From positions 63,987,835 to 64,042,130 of the forward strand of contig NC_068990.1 in the NCBI RefSeq assembly GCF_001194135.2: 54,296 nt of DNA. Reading direction: 5' to 3'. This DNA is from Octopus bimaculoides (lineage: Eukaryota). The number at the start of each line of letters is the position of its first letter. Position 1 is the stretch's first letter. A program made the translations under genes and the position numbers. The notes beneath the pieces are model-generated. The model saw nothing but the letters and a program-made list of their open reading frames with translations, ran no database searches and was not told the origin of the DNA. Positions 1-10,699 of the stretch are shown one piece after another.

Positions 1-79
1 ATATATATATTTATGCATGTATGTATATGTGTATACCTAAAAAAATAATGGAGAGCTATACATCTTCAAAAATTGTTTA

Positions 80-315
80 CAGTAATCCCTTGACTATTCC
101 AAGTGTTACATTCCAAAACTCCCCATGATAGGTGAAAATCCGTGACGTAGAAACAGTACTGTACTGTATATTTTTTTAATTATTTTTATAATTTGTATGT
201 ATTTATTTTAGTATAAATGCAAAACAACATCACGGAGGAATTAACATAAGCTTAAATAATAAACCACAATAGGTGAACCGCGAAAGGTGAACCACAAAAT
301 GATGAAGGATTACTG
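80..315. mobile_element. pogo/Tigger-like MITE
   Basis: TA|CAGTAATCCCTT...AAGGATTACTG|TA: CAGTA-type terminal inverted repeats with TA on both sides, 236 bp. Confidence 0.7.
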
Positions 316-321
316 TATTAC

Positions 322-630
322 AGTATTATTTTCATTAAATTCCAATCTCACACATGTTTCGGCTGGTTAAGTGTCTTAATGTTCTTTGATGTAGCATTTA
401 TGTGCATTTAGCTGATTCATATGCAGTACCCATTCACGTGGTGAAGTAGAATTTGCTTCACCCACCCGAATGGGTAAAATCTTGAACAAAGCTGCACTGA
501 AATATCTCCCTTGGATGTATATGAACTACAAAAGAATTAGCTAAATGAAAATAAACACTACATCAAAGGACATTTCGACACTTATCCAACAGAAACACAT
601 GTCGGATTGGAATTTAATGACAACAATACT
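322..630. mobile_element. Fold-back element with about 97-bp imperfect terminal inverted repeats
   Basis: 322-418 is the reverse complement of about 534-630 (e.g. tcattaaattccaatc / gattggaatttaatga; ctttgatgtag / ctacatcaaag). Confidence 0.65.
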
Positions 631-888
631 ATTATAAACAAATTTGGAAGGTGTATAATTCTCCATTCTTTATGAGGCCTTGATTATATATTCTGTGTGC
701 TGTATGAAATCTAATGAAGCAAACACAGGATTTGCCTATCAAGAGAAGTACCTTGTAATTGTTTATCTTAATTCTGTATATTCCCTATCATTTGATGTGG
801 TTAACCAGATCTGGATTATATCTGAGTGCTAACAGGGTACCTACCCAGATTCCAAGTTACTATTCCTTTATCTTTCATATATATATAA

Positions 889-1022
889 GCGACTGATAGA
901 ATAAGCACTAGGCTTATGAAATAAGTTCAGGGGTCGACTTGTTTAACTAAAACACTGTCTTAAGACAGTGCTACAGCATGACCACAGTCAAATGACTGAA
1001 ACAAATATAGGAATAAAAGAAT
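889..1022 (+). mobile_element. SINE group A 3' fragment
   Basis: gatagaataagcactaggctt...ggggtcgact...cagcatgaccacagtcaaatgactgaaacaa. Confidence 0.7.
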
Positions 1023-1104
1023 ATATATATAGATATATTGTGCTATAAATATAATACTGGCTAAAAATTTTCTAAAAACTGCCCATCTATATCTGTTGTT
1101 TCAG

Positions 1105-1217
1105 GCTGGTTGTTGACTAGACCTCCAAGTCAGAGTGAACACATATTCAATGCATTTGAAAATGCTTTCTCAATCATTTATTCATATTTAGTTCAGAATC
1201 TTTCACCAAAAATGAAA
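1105..1217 (+). CDS. DNAH5: Dynein heavy chain exon 1 in window: (G)WLLTRPPSQSEHIFNAFENAFSIIYSYLVQNLSPKMK
   Basis: ttgtttcag|GC...ATGAAA|gtaagt; 113 bp, enters phase 1, exits phase 0; joins in frame to LLECNYIRQ. Confidence 0.85.
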
Positions 1218-2193
1218 GTAAGTTCAACTTTTCTCATTACTGTTGGCTTTCTTATTTCAACTTTCAGCATTAATTGAAGTAAAGTAACTGTGTAAGATAC
1301 ACAGATCTTTTGTCAAGATGAATCACGCAGCTGTTTGGGTTCCAGTTTTAATCATTTGACTTATTTTCTGTCATCAGTTCATGTAAAAAAAGCATAAGCA
1401 TCACACATTCTCACGAACTTTCTCTTTTATAAATCTGAAATATTGTATGCATGTAGTAAGAAGTTAATTATGAAAATACCTAGCTACAGCTGTTGTAATT
1501 GGATAAATCAAATCTCTGTGGTGATGGAGGCAACATAGTAGCAGCAGAAGCAGTAAAGATATTCATTATTATCATCATCATTATCATTGTTATTCAATAT
1601 ATAACATTCAATCTATTTGGAACTTCTTTTGAAGTTGAGTTAAAAAATATTAAATTTTAATATTTCTATAATATTATTTGTTAAGTTTTGATTGTGTATT
1701 GCGAGTGTGTGGTGCTGGTTGTATAAGTATAAATTAAAAAAGAATGGATATTCCTCATGCCAGTACTTCTGTGAAATTACAAATTCCACACATGCTATTG
1801 TTGTATTTTATGTAGGATTAATAAGTTGAGCAATAATACACTAGCTTTTATTTTTTGTGGGTGTGTTATTCTTGCTGTTTAACAATAAATCAGCTCTGAT
1901 TGGGCTAATATCTGGTCAAAGGCTTTAATGTCATTACCTTCCAATCATTTTAATCAGTAATAGTATAACTTGGACTACATTAGCCAATGTATCCTGTTTC
2001 TCATGACAATAGGGTGCATGACTTGAAGATCTTGCTGTTATTTCTTAAAACTTCTTGATTGTCATCTTTTAAAGATGTGTTTAGTATTATAGTATGTTGT
2101 TCTGTTTAAGAAATAATATGAAACAAGGAAACATTGAAGGGTAAACTATATCTAAAGCTATTGAGGCTATGTAGATTACAATGCAAAATTTAG

Positions 2194-2523
2194 AACAAGA
2201 GCACTCAGAGAGCACAAAGCTCTGCCAAGGCAACACAAATGTCTTCTGAACGATTAGCCAGAGATGATTTTTAAATGTGAATATCTGAAATAAATTCGGC
2301 TGCTCTCAAAAACAAGAATACTAGAAATAAACCCTACCGCTCTCAGAAATTAAGTAAAAAAACAGGAAAAATAATCCAGAATCCTTGTCCAGTACCAGAT
2401 TGATCCCAAAATCTAATCAGTTTGTGTCAGTCATGAGGCCAAGCATCCCTGAAAGTTTCATCTGAATCCATCCAGTGGTTCTTGAGATATCTCGTCCATG
2501 GACTTCACTAAGGCGGAGGTAAT
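2194..2523 (+). mobile_element. Non-autonomous Helentron-associated-type (HINE/DINE-like) element
   Basis: Starts aacaagagcactcagagag with a decayed subterminal IR (ctctgccaagg ... aaggcggagg) and carries the aagtttcatc.gaatcc.tccagt.gtt.ttgagatatc block I recall from this class in marine invertebrates. Confidence 0.5.
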
Positions 2524-2914
2524 TATGTCTGTATGACTTGTTTACATTTCATAGCAACCAACTCACAGCTTTGTATATCTTTGCTTTCATAGTTATTTCA
2601 GCAACCATTATTCAGTTGAAGCTGTCTATCAGTCTGGAGCTCCAATTTTATATCAACCAGTTTGAAACTTGGCTTCAAACAAACATGTTGAAAATATCAC
2701 CTGCACAATCTCACTTCTTGTAACAATAGATATCAAATAAAGAAATGAAATAAACCAATTGTCTATTAACAACATCCAAGGAAATGCCCACAAGGCATTC
2801 ACAGCACATTTCTTAAAAAATAGTAGGTATAAACAAATGATGCCAAAATGATGTTCCTTAAGAACAATATTCTTCTCATTCACTCTACAAGCACGAAAAC
2901 AGATTGCTGTTGTC

Positions 2915-3115
2915 ATCGTCATCGTCACTGCTGCTGCCAAAGTTGACATCATCGTTGTTTAACGTCTGTTTTCCATACCGATATTGGCTGGATGGTCTGA
3001 TAAAAGCTGGCAAGTCAGAGAGTTGTACCAGGTTCTGCTTGTCTGTTTTGACATGGTTTCTATGGCTGAATGCCCTTCATAGCACCAACCATTTTACAAA
3101 GCACCCAGTACATTA
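2915..3115 (-). mobile_element. Old RTE 3'-UTR fragment
   Basis: Reverse complement of the tggttgg..ttaggaagggcatccag...gacgttaaac(gat)n tail. Confidence 0.65.
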
Positions 3116-4255
3116 AACACATGCACACAGGAAAGCACCACTGCAGTGATATCTCCAAATATTGTGTTTGGACCACTAGAAACTAGAGCAGAAGAACAAT
3201 AATTGTTTACATCCCATCCAAGTCCATTCTGCCTAGTTCTGCCATAGTCTCCACCTCAACATACAGTCATAGTGAAACAAAATAGACAGCAGGGGAAATA
3301 ATCAAGAATATATGAAATAGATAAAAATAATGTGAAAGTATTAGAGTTACATATCCTGAGTGGTGATGGCTGGAGCTCTTAACTTCTGATGGAGTTGTAA
3401 AGATGCCAAGAACTGGTAGAGCTCTTCTCTCTCCAGGCCTGAACACAAGCAATTTATTCTAGAGGGGAAGAGTGTGAGAAAAAGAATTAACTCCAGCCCT
3501 GGACTAGTACTTTATTTATTGACCCTGAAGCAATGACATTGTGGAATTTAACTCAATGCACAGAGAACTAGAATAAACACTGCATTGCATTCTAAAACCC
3601 CAGTAACTTTGCCCACTCACTGCCTGTGTCCTGATTATAAACACTAAAATATATAAACCAATTTCGTTTTTGGATTTGGTTTGCAAGATTCTTTATGTGA
3701 GTTCGTGTGTTGAAGCATATTCTGTTGTGTCTGGGGAGAGTCGTTCTCTTTTGGTGCCTTGTAATTTAACACACTCACCAGTAAGGCTTCCACTCACTTA
3801 TTATTTTTCTAAAATTTGCGTTGCTGACTCTGTCCATTATTCAGGCTGTGTTCCTTTTGTTTGTTTGTGTGCATATGTGTAGGTCAGTATGTATGCACAT
3901 ACACATGTATGTATGTATGTATGTATGCATGGATGCATGCAAGTGTGTGTATGTATGTATGTGTGTGAGCGTATGTATATATGTATGTATGTACATTGTA
4001 TGTATGTATGTATTCTGCATATACATATTTGCGTGTTTGTGTGTCTTTATGTGTGAGTGTGTTTGTGTGTGTGTGTGTGTTTGCATGTATGTGTATGTCT
4101 ACCTCTGTCTCCTTGTGTGTGCATGTTTGAGTGTCTGTGTGCGTGTGTGCATGGGCTTTTGTGACTATGTACTGTGTCTGTATGTATGGATGATTGACCG
4201 TTGACTGAACACTATTCAATTTTTTTTCTCCGTGTTTTTCTCCTTGTCTCCGTAT

Positions 4256-4292
4256 TCTTTCTGTTGAAGAGCGTAGCTCGAAACGTCAAAGA
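4256..4292 (+). ncRNA. Minimal type-I hammerhead-ribozyme-like motif in a 192-bp PLE terminal fragment (4193-4384)
   Basis: UCUUU / CUGUUGA / A / GAGC-GUA-GCUC / GAAA / CGUC / AAAGA: 5-bp stem I, 4-bp stem II, palindromic ACGU stem III, GUC cleavage triplet; core A6 is U (non-canonical). Confidence 0.65.
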
Positions 4293-4688
4293 CTTTCCGT
4301 ATTCCCGAGCGTCATACTAATACATCCTTTTGTTAGTTACACCACCTGTCCTCGTCTGTTGTTGTTTTTTCGTATATTCTCCCATATATCTCCATATGTG
4401 TGGACGTGTGTCTCTATATGTATCCTGGTGTGAAGTGAAGTATGTGTGTATATGGTCATGTGTTTCAGTCTTCATTTGTGTATGAGTGTGTATGTATGCT
4501 TGTCTGTTCATATAATCTGTGTACCTATCCATCTGTATGTCTATCTGTTTACTTTCATATCCATATGCCTACATACATGTGCATTTACATAAACATACAC
4601 GCACACATACATCTATTTACATAACAGCCCACTAACTATTCTACCTGTATATGAATATAAACTGTGGGTATGTGGGTATGATTATTTA

Positions 4689-5162
4689 CTATGTATATTT
4701 TCTATTTAGTACTGGGGATGTTTCATTTATGAGGATGAACTCCTGTATTTGTCTGAGTGTTGGATCCTTTGGGTGCGTGGATAAAATGCGGATGTCAAGT
4801 TGACCCAGGTTGCCTCCACGTTGATCCTTGGCAGGTTGGTAGAGTATGGAGGACTGTTTTTTGTTGTCATATTGTCTCAGATGTTCATTTAGTCTTTCCA
4901 CAATGCTCCTAGATGTCTTCCCTATGTATGTCATGTTCATGTCTTTACAAGCACTTTCTATGCATCTTATACTGTAGACTATATTTTTAGTTCTACAGTT
5001 AATGCCAGGGCTAATCCTACATACCATGCAGTTATCATTGGTACATATGACATTTTCAAAGGGGTACGTCCTACATAGTTGTGATCTGATGGAGTTCCCC
5101 GGCTTTTCAACAATCTTAATGTTGAGTTTGGTCTCCTTCAGAGCTTTCCTAAATCTATGGGT
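4689..5162 (-). pseudogene. 5'-truncated GIY-YIG endonuclease of a Penelope-like element (left arm)
   Basis: VY..(YIG)..R..EH..E..N residues present; second Zn-site His is Pro (YQP); no RT upstream. Confidence 0.85.
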
Positions 5163-5580
5163 AAGCCAGGGAACTCCATCAGATCACATCTATGTAGGAT
5201 GTATCCCTTTGAGAATACTATATGCACCATTGGTAACAGCATGGTATGTAGGATTAGCCCTGGCATCAACTGTAGAACTAGAAATGTAGTCTACTGTATA
5301 AAATGCATAGAAAGTGCTTGTAAAGACATGAACATGATATACATAAGGAAGACATCTAGGAGCATTGTGAAAAGACTAAATGAACATTTGAGACAGTATG
5401 ACAACAAAAAACAGTCCTCCATACTCTACCAACATGCCAAGGACCAACATTGAGGCAACCTGGGTCAACTTGACATCCGCATTTTATCCAAGCACCCAAA
5501 GGACCCAGCACTCAGACAAATACAGGAGTTCATCCTCATAAATGAAACTTCCCCAATAGGAAATGTACGTAGTAAATAGT
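5163..5580 (+). pseudogene. Inverted second copy of the GIY-YIG region (right arm)
   Basis: ORF 5157-5453; YIG changed to YIR, premature TGA at 5451-5453 where the left arm has GGA; YQH retained. Confidence 0.85.
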
Positions 5581-6039
5581 CATACCCACATACCCACAGT
5601 TTATATTTATATACAGGTAGAATAGTTAGTGGGCTGTTATGTAGATAGATGTGTGTGTGTATGTATATGCACATGTATGTAGGCATATGGATATGAAAGT
5701 AAACAGATAGACATACAGATGGATAGGTACACAAGTTATAGGAATGGACAAGCTCACATACACACTCATACACAAATGAAGACTGAAACACATGACCATA
5801 TACACACATACTTCACTTCACACAAGGACACATATGGAGATATACATCCACACATACAGACACAGTACATAACCACAAAAACCCACACACACAGACACAC
5901 ACTCACGCACACACACACACTCACATAAAAGCACACAAACATGAATATGCAGAATACATACATACAAACGTACACACACACATATATACATACACACACA
6001 CATACATGCATACACACACTTGCATGCATGCATGCATAA

Positions 6040-6073
<34 letters not shown>

Positions 6074-6170
6074 CATACATACATATATGTGTATGTGCAC
6101 ACACAGTGACCCACACACATGCGCACAAACAAACAAAAAGAATGCAGTTTGAATAATGGAGAGTCAACAA

Positions 6171-6207
6171 CTATTGAAAAGGTTGCAAGATGCAACGAAA
6201 ATTTTAG
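6171..6207 (+). ncRNA. Minimal hammerhead-like motif in the Neptune 3' region, sense to the right-arm ORF
   Basis: CUA / UUGAAAA / G / GUUGCA-AGA-UGCAAC / GAAA / AUUU / UAG: perfect 6-bp stem II directly followed by GAAA, palindromic AAUU stem III, 3-bp stem I. Confidence 0.5.
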
Positions 6208-6371
6208 AAAAATAAATAAGTAAATGAGTGGAAAGTGTGTTAAATTATAAGGCCCTAAAAGAGAATGATTCTCCCTGGACACAACAGTATATAAATTAAG
6301 TTAAATGGTTAAATCACAGCTGATCATTGTGAAATGAGTAGATACCATACAGCTAAATTGTTGTTTGCCTC

Positions 6372-6410
6372 TATGTGTGTATGTGTGTGTGTGTGTGTAT
6401 GTGTGTGTGT

Positions 6411-6490
<80 letters not shown>
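6372..6490. repeat. (TG)n microsatellite
   Basis: About 120 bp, nearly pure. Confidence 0.97.
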
Positions 6491-6492
<2 letters not shown>

Positions 6493-6801
6493 ACATGATG
6501 TAGAGATGCCAGATGATGATGATGAAGATATATATATATAACATCACATATGAATATAAAGGCATCCTACATAAATACCAAGTCTAGCTGCTGTATGCTT
6601 AATAACTTGATTTCTGGTTGGGAAGTAAGACTGTAGATTTAGATGGTATTTAAACCAATAAGAGTTTTTATCTGATGTTGTTACTTGTAGGTGTTAACTT
6701 TATCCACTTGTCTTTCCCATTGTACAAGAAATTTACAATAGCATTCTTCTCTCTAAACACACCATCATTGAAAATTCTGTTTATTTCTTTCAAATCTCTA
6801 G

Positions 6802-6966
6802 CTACTTGAATGTAATTATATCCGTCAAGCAATTGATCTTCTTGAGGGCTTGATTCCTAGTGAGGAAGATCGTAAAGATATTACACACACTCATTTAGAC
6901 AACCTCATAGTTTTTGCCATGATGTGGTCCCTTGGTGCACTGTTGGAAATTTCTGACCGTCAAAAG
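6802..6966 (+). CDS. DNAH5: Dynein heavy chain exon 2: LLECNYIRQAIDLLEGLIP...VFAMMWSLGALLEISDRQK
   Basis: tctctag|CTA...AAG|gtaagg; 165 bp; WSLGALLE motif typical of dynein heavy chains. Confidence 0.93.
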
Positions 6967-7149
6967 GTAAGGATTCTTTTTCTCTTTTCATAAATTTTTG
7001 AGCAATTGATAAATTCTCAGTAACCAGTAACAAAATCTTTGTCCTTATCCTCAATAATCTTTGATATTATGAATCAGGACTTTGTATTTTAGATTTAAGG
7101 ACAAATGACTTAAGATCAGAGTTGACTAAGACTATGAACAAAATTCCCA

Positions 7150-7390
7150 AACAACAGCACCAAAACCAATGCCAACAATGGTAGATCCTTTCTGTGGTTA
7201 CTTGGCCTGGTAGAAACAGTAGCCAAATCTCCTCAGAATACTCCTTTCCATCTTAAAATGCTGTTAAAATACTTTAGATAATGTCATCAAAGCTATCAAA
7301 AAGAGACAAGGATATTCATTACTGAAACATCTTTGATCATAGATCTGCTCAACTGGAGGCAACCTGGGGTTAAATAACAATAACAGCACT
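7150..7390 (+). mobile_element. Old interspersed repeat with (AAC)n-like tail; relatives at about 25630-25850 (+), 1880-2050 (-), 8985-9220 (-)
   Basis: Shared agaaa.agcagc.aaatctc ... ggggttaaa.aacaa.aac pattern; heavily decayed. Confidence 0.45.
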
Positions 7391-7711
7391 GACAATGCAG
7401 CATTGTATAGCTGAAAAATATTTCACCTGATCAGATTAATATAAAAATAGTTGCAATATTGATTGCTACACTAAGATCACATTTTATCTCAAAGAATTAA
7501 AACTGAGGCCAACTTGACTCTCCTTGACAACATCAAAGCATTTGAATATATATAACTGAAAACACTAGATAGCAAAATTATTTTTGTCTACTACTAGTCA
7601 CTGCATGGTAGGGGTATACAGGCAGCTTACATATTATATACGAAATATAAGACATGTTGGCTACTTTTAAGCATTCAGCTGGCTTGTCTCCTTTTAATAT
7701 TACTGCTCATG

Positions 7712-8611
7712 AATAGCCTGGGCAAAGTTTAGAGAGCTCTTACCCCTGCTGGCGACAAAGGGACTCTCACTCAGAGTAAAAGGCAGACTGTATGACGCAT
7801 GCGTACGAACAACCATGCTACATGGCAGTGAAACATGGGCTGTAACTGCTGAGGACATACGTAAGCTCGCAAGGAATGAAGCCAGTATGCTCCGTTGGAT
7901 GTGTAATGTCAATGTGAATACCCGTCAGAGTGTAAGTATCTTGAGAGAAAAGCTGAACATTAGAAGCATCAGTTGTGGCGTGCAAGAGAGACGATTGCGC
8001 TGGTATGGACATGNNNNNNNNNNNNNNNNNNNNNNNNNNNNNNNNNNNNNNNNNNNNNNNNNNNNNNNNNNNNNNNNNNNNNNNNNNNNNNNNNNNNNNN
8101 NNNNNNNNNNNNNNNNNNNNNNNNNNNNNNNNNNNNNNNNNNNNNNNNNNNNNNNNNNNNNNNNNNNNNNNNNNNNNNNNNNNNNNNNNNNNNNNNNNNN
8201 NNNNNNNNNNNNNNNNNNNNNNNNNNNNNNNNNNNNNNNNNNNNNNNNNNNNNNNNNNNNNNNNNNNNNNNNNNNNNNNNNNNNNNNNNNNNNNNNNNNN
8301 NNNNNNNNNNNNNNNNNNNNNNNNNNNNNNNNNNNNNNNNNNNNNNNNNNNNNNNNNNNNNNNNNNNNNNNNNNNNNNNNNNNNNNNNNNNNNNNNNNNN
8401 NNNNNNNNNNNNNNNNNGCGGGTGACACGTAAAAGCACCCACTACACTCTCTGAGTGGTTGGCGTTAGGAAGGGCATCCAGCTGTAGAAACTCTGCCAAA
8501 TCAGACTGGAGCCTGGTGTTGCCATCCGGTTTCACCAGTCCTCAGTCAAATCGTCCAACCCATGCTAGCATGGAAAGCGGACGTTAAACGATGATGATGA
8601 TGATGATGATG
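7712..8611 (+). mobile_element. 5'-truncated RTE-clade LINE (ORF2 C-terminus, assembly gap, 3' UTR with (GAT)n tail)
   Basis: IAWAKFRELLPLLATKGLSLRVKGRLYDACVRTTMLHGSETWAV...ERRLRWYGH before the gap 8014-8417; shared UTR and (GAT)n after it. Linkage across the gap is inferred. Confidence 0.85.
8014..8417. other. Assembly gap (others at 19554-19877, 30900-31192, 31812-31821, 34735-34744, 35849-35858, 41529-41719, 42453-42717, 52076-52175)
   Basis: Runs of N; nearly all border microsatellites or young repeats. Confidence 1.
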
Positions 8612-9262
8612 TAGAACTGACTGAAGCTATTCAACAATGATAAAGTGTATCAAGCAAATCTCTATTGTTTTGGACTCTGTCCACAATTTCTAACTTCTAA
8701 ATGCTGTACAGCCAATACAACATAGAATGTCTTTTCTGAACATTTATCTTGCCTTTACCAAAGTTTTTTTGTTTCAGTGAGATGACTGAGGTATTACATC
8801 ATTTATGCATCACCCTATCTGATAGGGTTATCACAGTTAATTGGGTCCTGAAGGAGGCCAATGAAAGAAGGAGGCATTCTAACCAAAGCTCAAACAACTT
8901 TGTCAATTGATGATTGGTTTGCTGTAAGAAATCAAACTACTAGCAAAGTGATAAAGTTTAGTTGAGTCTGACTTATTATTTATGTTGCTGTTACTTAACC
9001 CCAGATCATACTTGATCGAGTAGACTTGTGAACAAAAGCAATCCATTCATGACCACATACTGTCTTTGTTTTCCAGTGGTGGAACTATTATCTTTCCTCT
9101 TCTTTTGTCCTTAACCTAATTTTTTTTGAAGACTGTCATGTGTAATCTGAGGGACATTTTGTTGTTAATTCTAACAAGCCAAATGGCATTGTAGGGGATT
9201 GCTACTTACTGTTGGGGTTCAGGTTTCAGAGAGACAAATGTAGGCATCAATGAGAATTAGCA

Positions 9263-9283
9263 TTGTTGTTGTCGTTGTTGATG

Positions 9284-9315
<32 letters not shown>

Positions 9316-9352
9316 GGTGGTGTTGCTGCTGTTGTTTTTGCTGTTGTTGTTG
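9263..9352. repeat. Compound (GTT)n(GGT)n(GCT)n microsatellite
   Basis: Direct reading. Confidence 0.9.
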
Positions 9353-9387
9353 TTAAGTATTCTTTTGGCTGCAAAATACCATTTAAC

Positions 9388-9598
9388 TTTTTACTTGTTT
9401 CACTCATCAGACTGTGACCATGCTGGGGCACTACCTTGAAAAGTATTTTGTCAAATGAATAAACCCCAGTACTTATTTTTTTAAAAGCTTGATACTTATT
9501 CTATCAGTCTTTTTTTGCTGAACCACTAATTTACGGGAAAGTAAACACATCACACCCAGTTGTCAAACAGTGGTGGTGGACAAACACAGACACAAAGA

Positions 9599-9631
<33 letters not shown>

Positions 9632-9958
9632 TGTAGGTATGTATATATGACAGGTTTCTTTCAGTTTCCATCTACCAAATCCACTCATGAGGCTTGGTTA
9701 ACCCGAAGCTATAGTAGAAGACACTTTCCCAAGGTGTCACATAGTGGGACTGAACCCAAAATCATGAGGCTGGGAAGCAAGCTTCTTACCATACAGCTTT
9801 TCCTGGGGTTCCATACAGTTTCTGTTCACCAAATCTACTCACAAAGTATTGGCTAACTAAAGGTTATAATATAAGATATTTACCCAAAGTGCCATGCAGT
9901 AGGACTGAATCTGAAACCATATGGGTGCAGAACAATTTTTTTAATTTACAGCTATGTC
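9388..9958 (-). mobile_element. SINE group A plus a second, adjacent head/core fragment (9806-9958)
   Basis: Full decayed copy 9388-9803; the accaaatc.actca...ttt.cccaa.gtg.c..gtagg.actga segment repeats directly afterwards. Confidence 0.7.
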
Positions 9959-10064
9959 TGCATCTACATATTATTCCTGAATATTATCATTGCAGCTTTT
10001 TATCTTTAAGGGCCATGCTAAGGACCACTGTTTGTAACGTGCTCTATTTGTTTAGGAGGTCCAG

Positions 10065-10450
10065 TGACAAGTGACCGAGACTTTTGGCAATATATCATGC
10101 TTGAGAAGCCCTGTCAAGCCAAGTGAGAACATTGTCATGGCTGATGCCAGTTTTAAGTAGCTGGCACCTGACCAGTGGCACGTAAAAAGCACCCACTACA
10201 CTCTCAGAGCGGTTGGCATTAGGAAGGGCATCCAGCCATAGAAACCATGCCAAATCAGATCAGAACCTGGTGCAGCTCCCCAGCTTACCAGTTTTCTATC
10301 AAACCGTCCAACCCATTCCAGCACAGGAAATGGACATTAAATGATGAGGATGATAATGATGATGATGATGGTGGTGGTGGTGGTGGTGCTGCTGCTGCTG
10401 ATGATGATGATGATGGTGGTGGTGCTGCTGCTGCTGCTGATGATGATGAT
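10065..10450 (+). mobile_element. RTE 3' end: last ORF2 codons (VTSDRDFWQYIMLEKPCQAK*), UTR and degenerate (GAT)n tail
   Basis: DR..W C-terminal motif contiguous with ggcacgtaaaaagcacccactacactctc... Confidence 0.8.
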
Positions 10451-10699
10451 GAATCTAGAAGGTTACTAAGTATAAAGCCTTTGTTCCAGAACACATGTTC
10501 TATTATATACAATATTAGCTTAGAATAGTATCACTTCTCTCTAACTGGTATCAGTATGGTGCAAATGAAATGTAGTTGTTGGTTTTGGCATTGATATTGA
10601 TCGTTATTATGATGATAGTTTCAATGGTCTTGTTGTTAATGATGACTATAACAATTAATTATCTTAAATATTTTATTATGTCTCAATACCTAATTACAG

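Larger units (their letters stand above)
3650..6292. mobile_element. Neptune-type Penelope-like element remnant arranged as a head-to-head palindrome (arms about 3717-5105 and 5163-6292, 57-bp spacer)
   Basis: Minus-strand frame 5162->4689 reads THRFRKALKETKLNIKIVEKPGNSIRSQLCRTYPFENVICTNDNCMVC...NCRTKNIVYSIRC...YIGKTSRSIVERLNEH...QE...LNRKYT (Cys-rich linker plus GIY-YIG). The same sequence recurs on + from 5163, and the microsatellite-rich 3' UTRs mirror each other. Confidence 0.88.

Noticed and set aside
345-610. GAAAC-ACATGT palindromes in the 322-630 fold-back as hammerhead remnants
   Set aside because: No CUGANGA-like core or stem II at a suitable distance in either arm.
3821-6565. Many ORFs rich in HT, CV, YI and MYV in the supplied track (also 42327-42803, 45647-46206, 47889-48122)
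   Set aside because: They are translations of (CA)n, (TG)n and (TA)n microsatellites, or read through N gaps; no protein signal.
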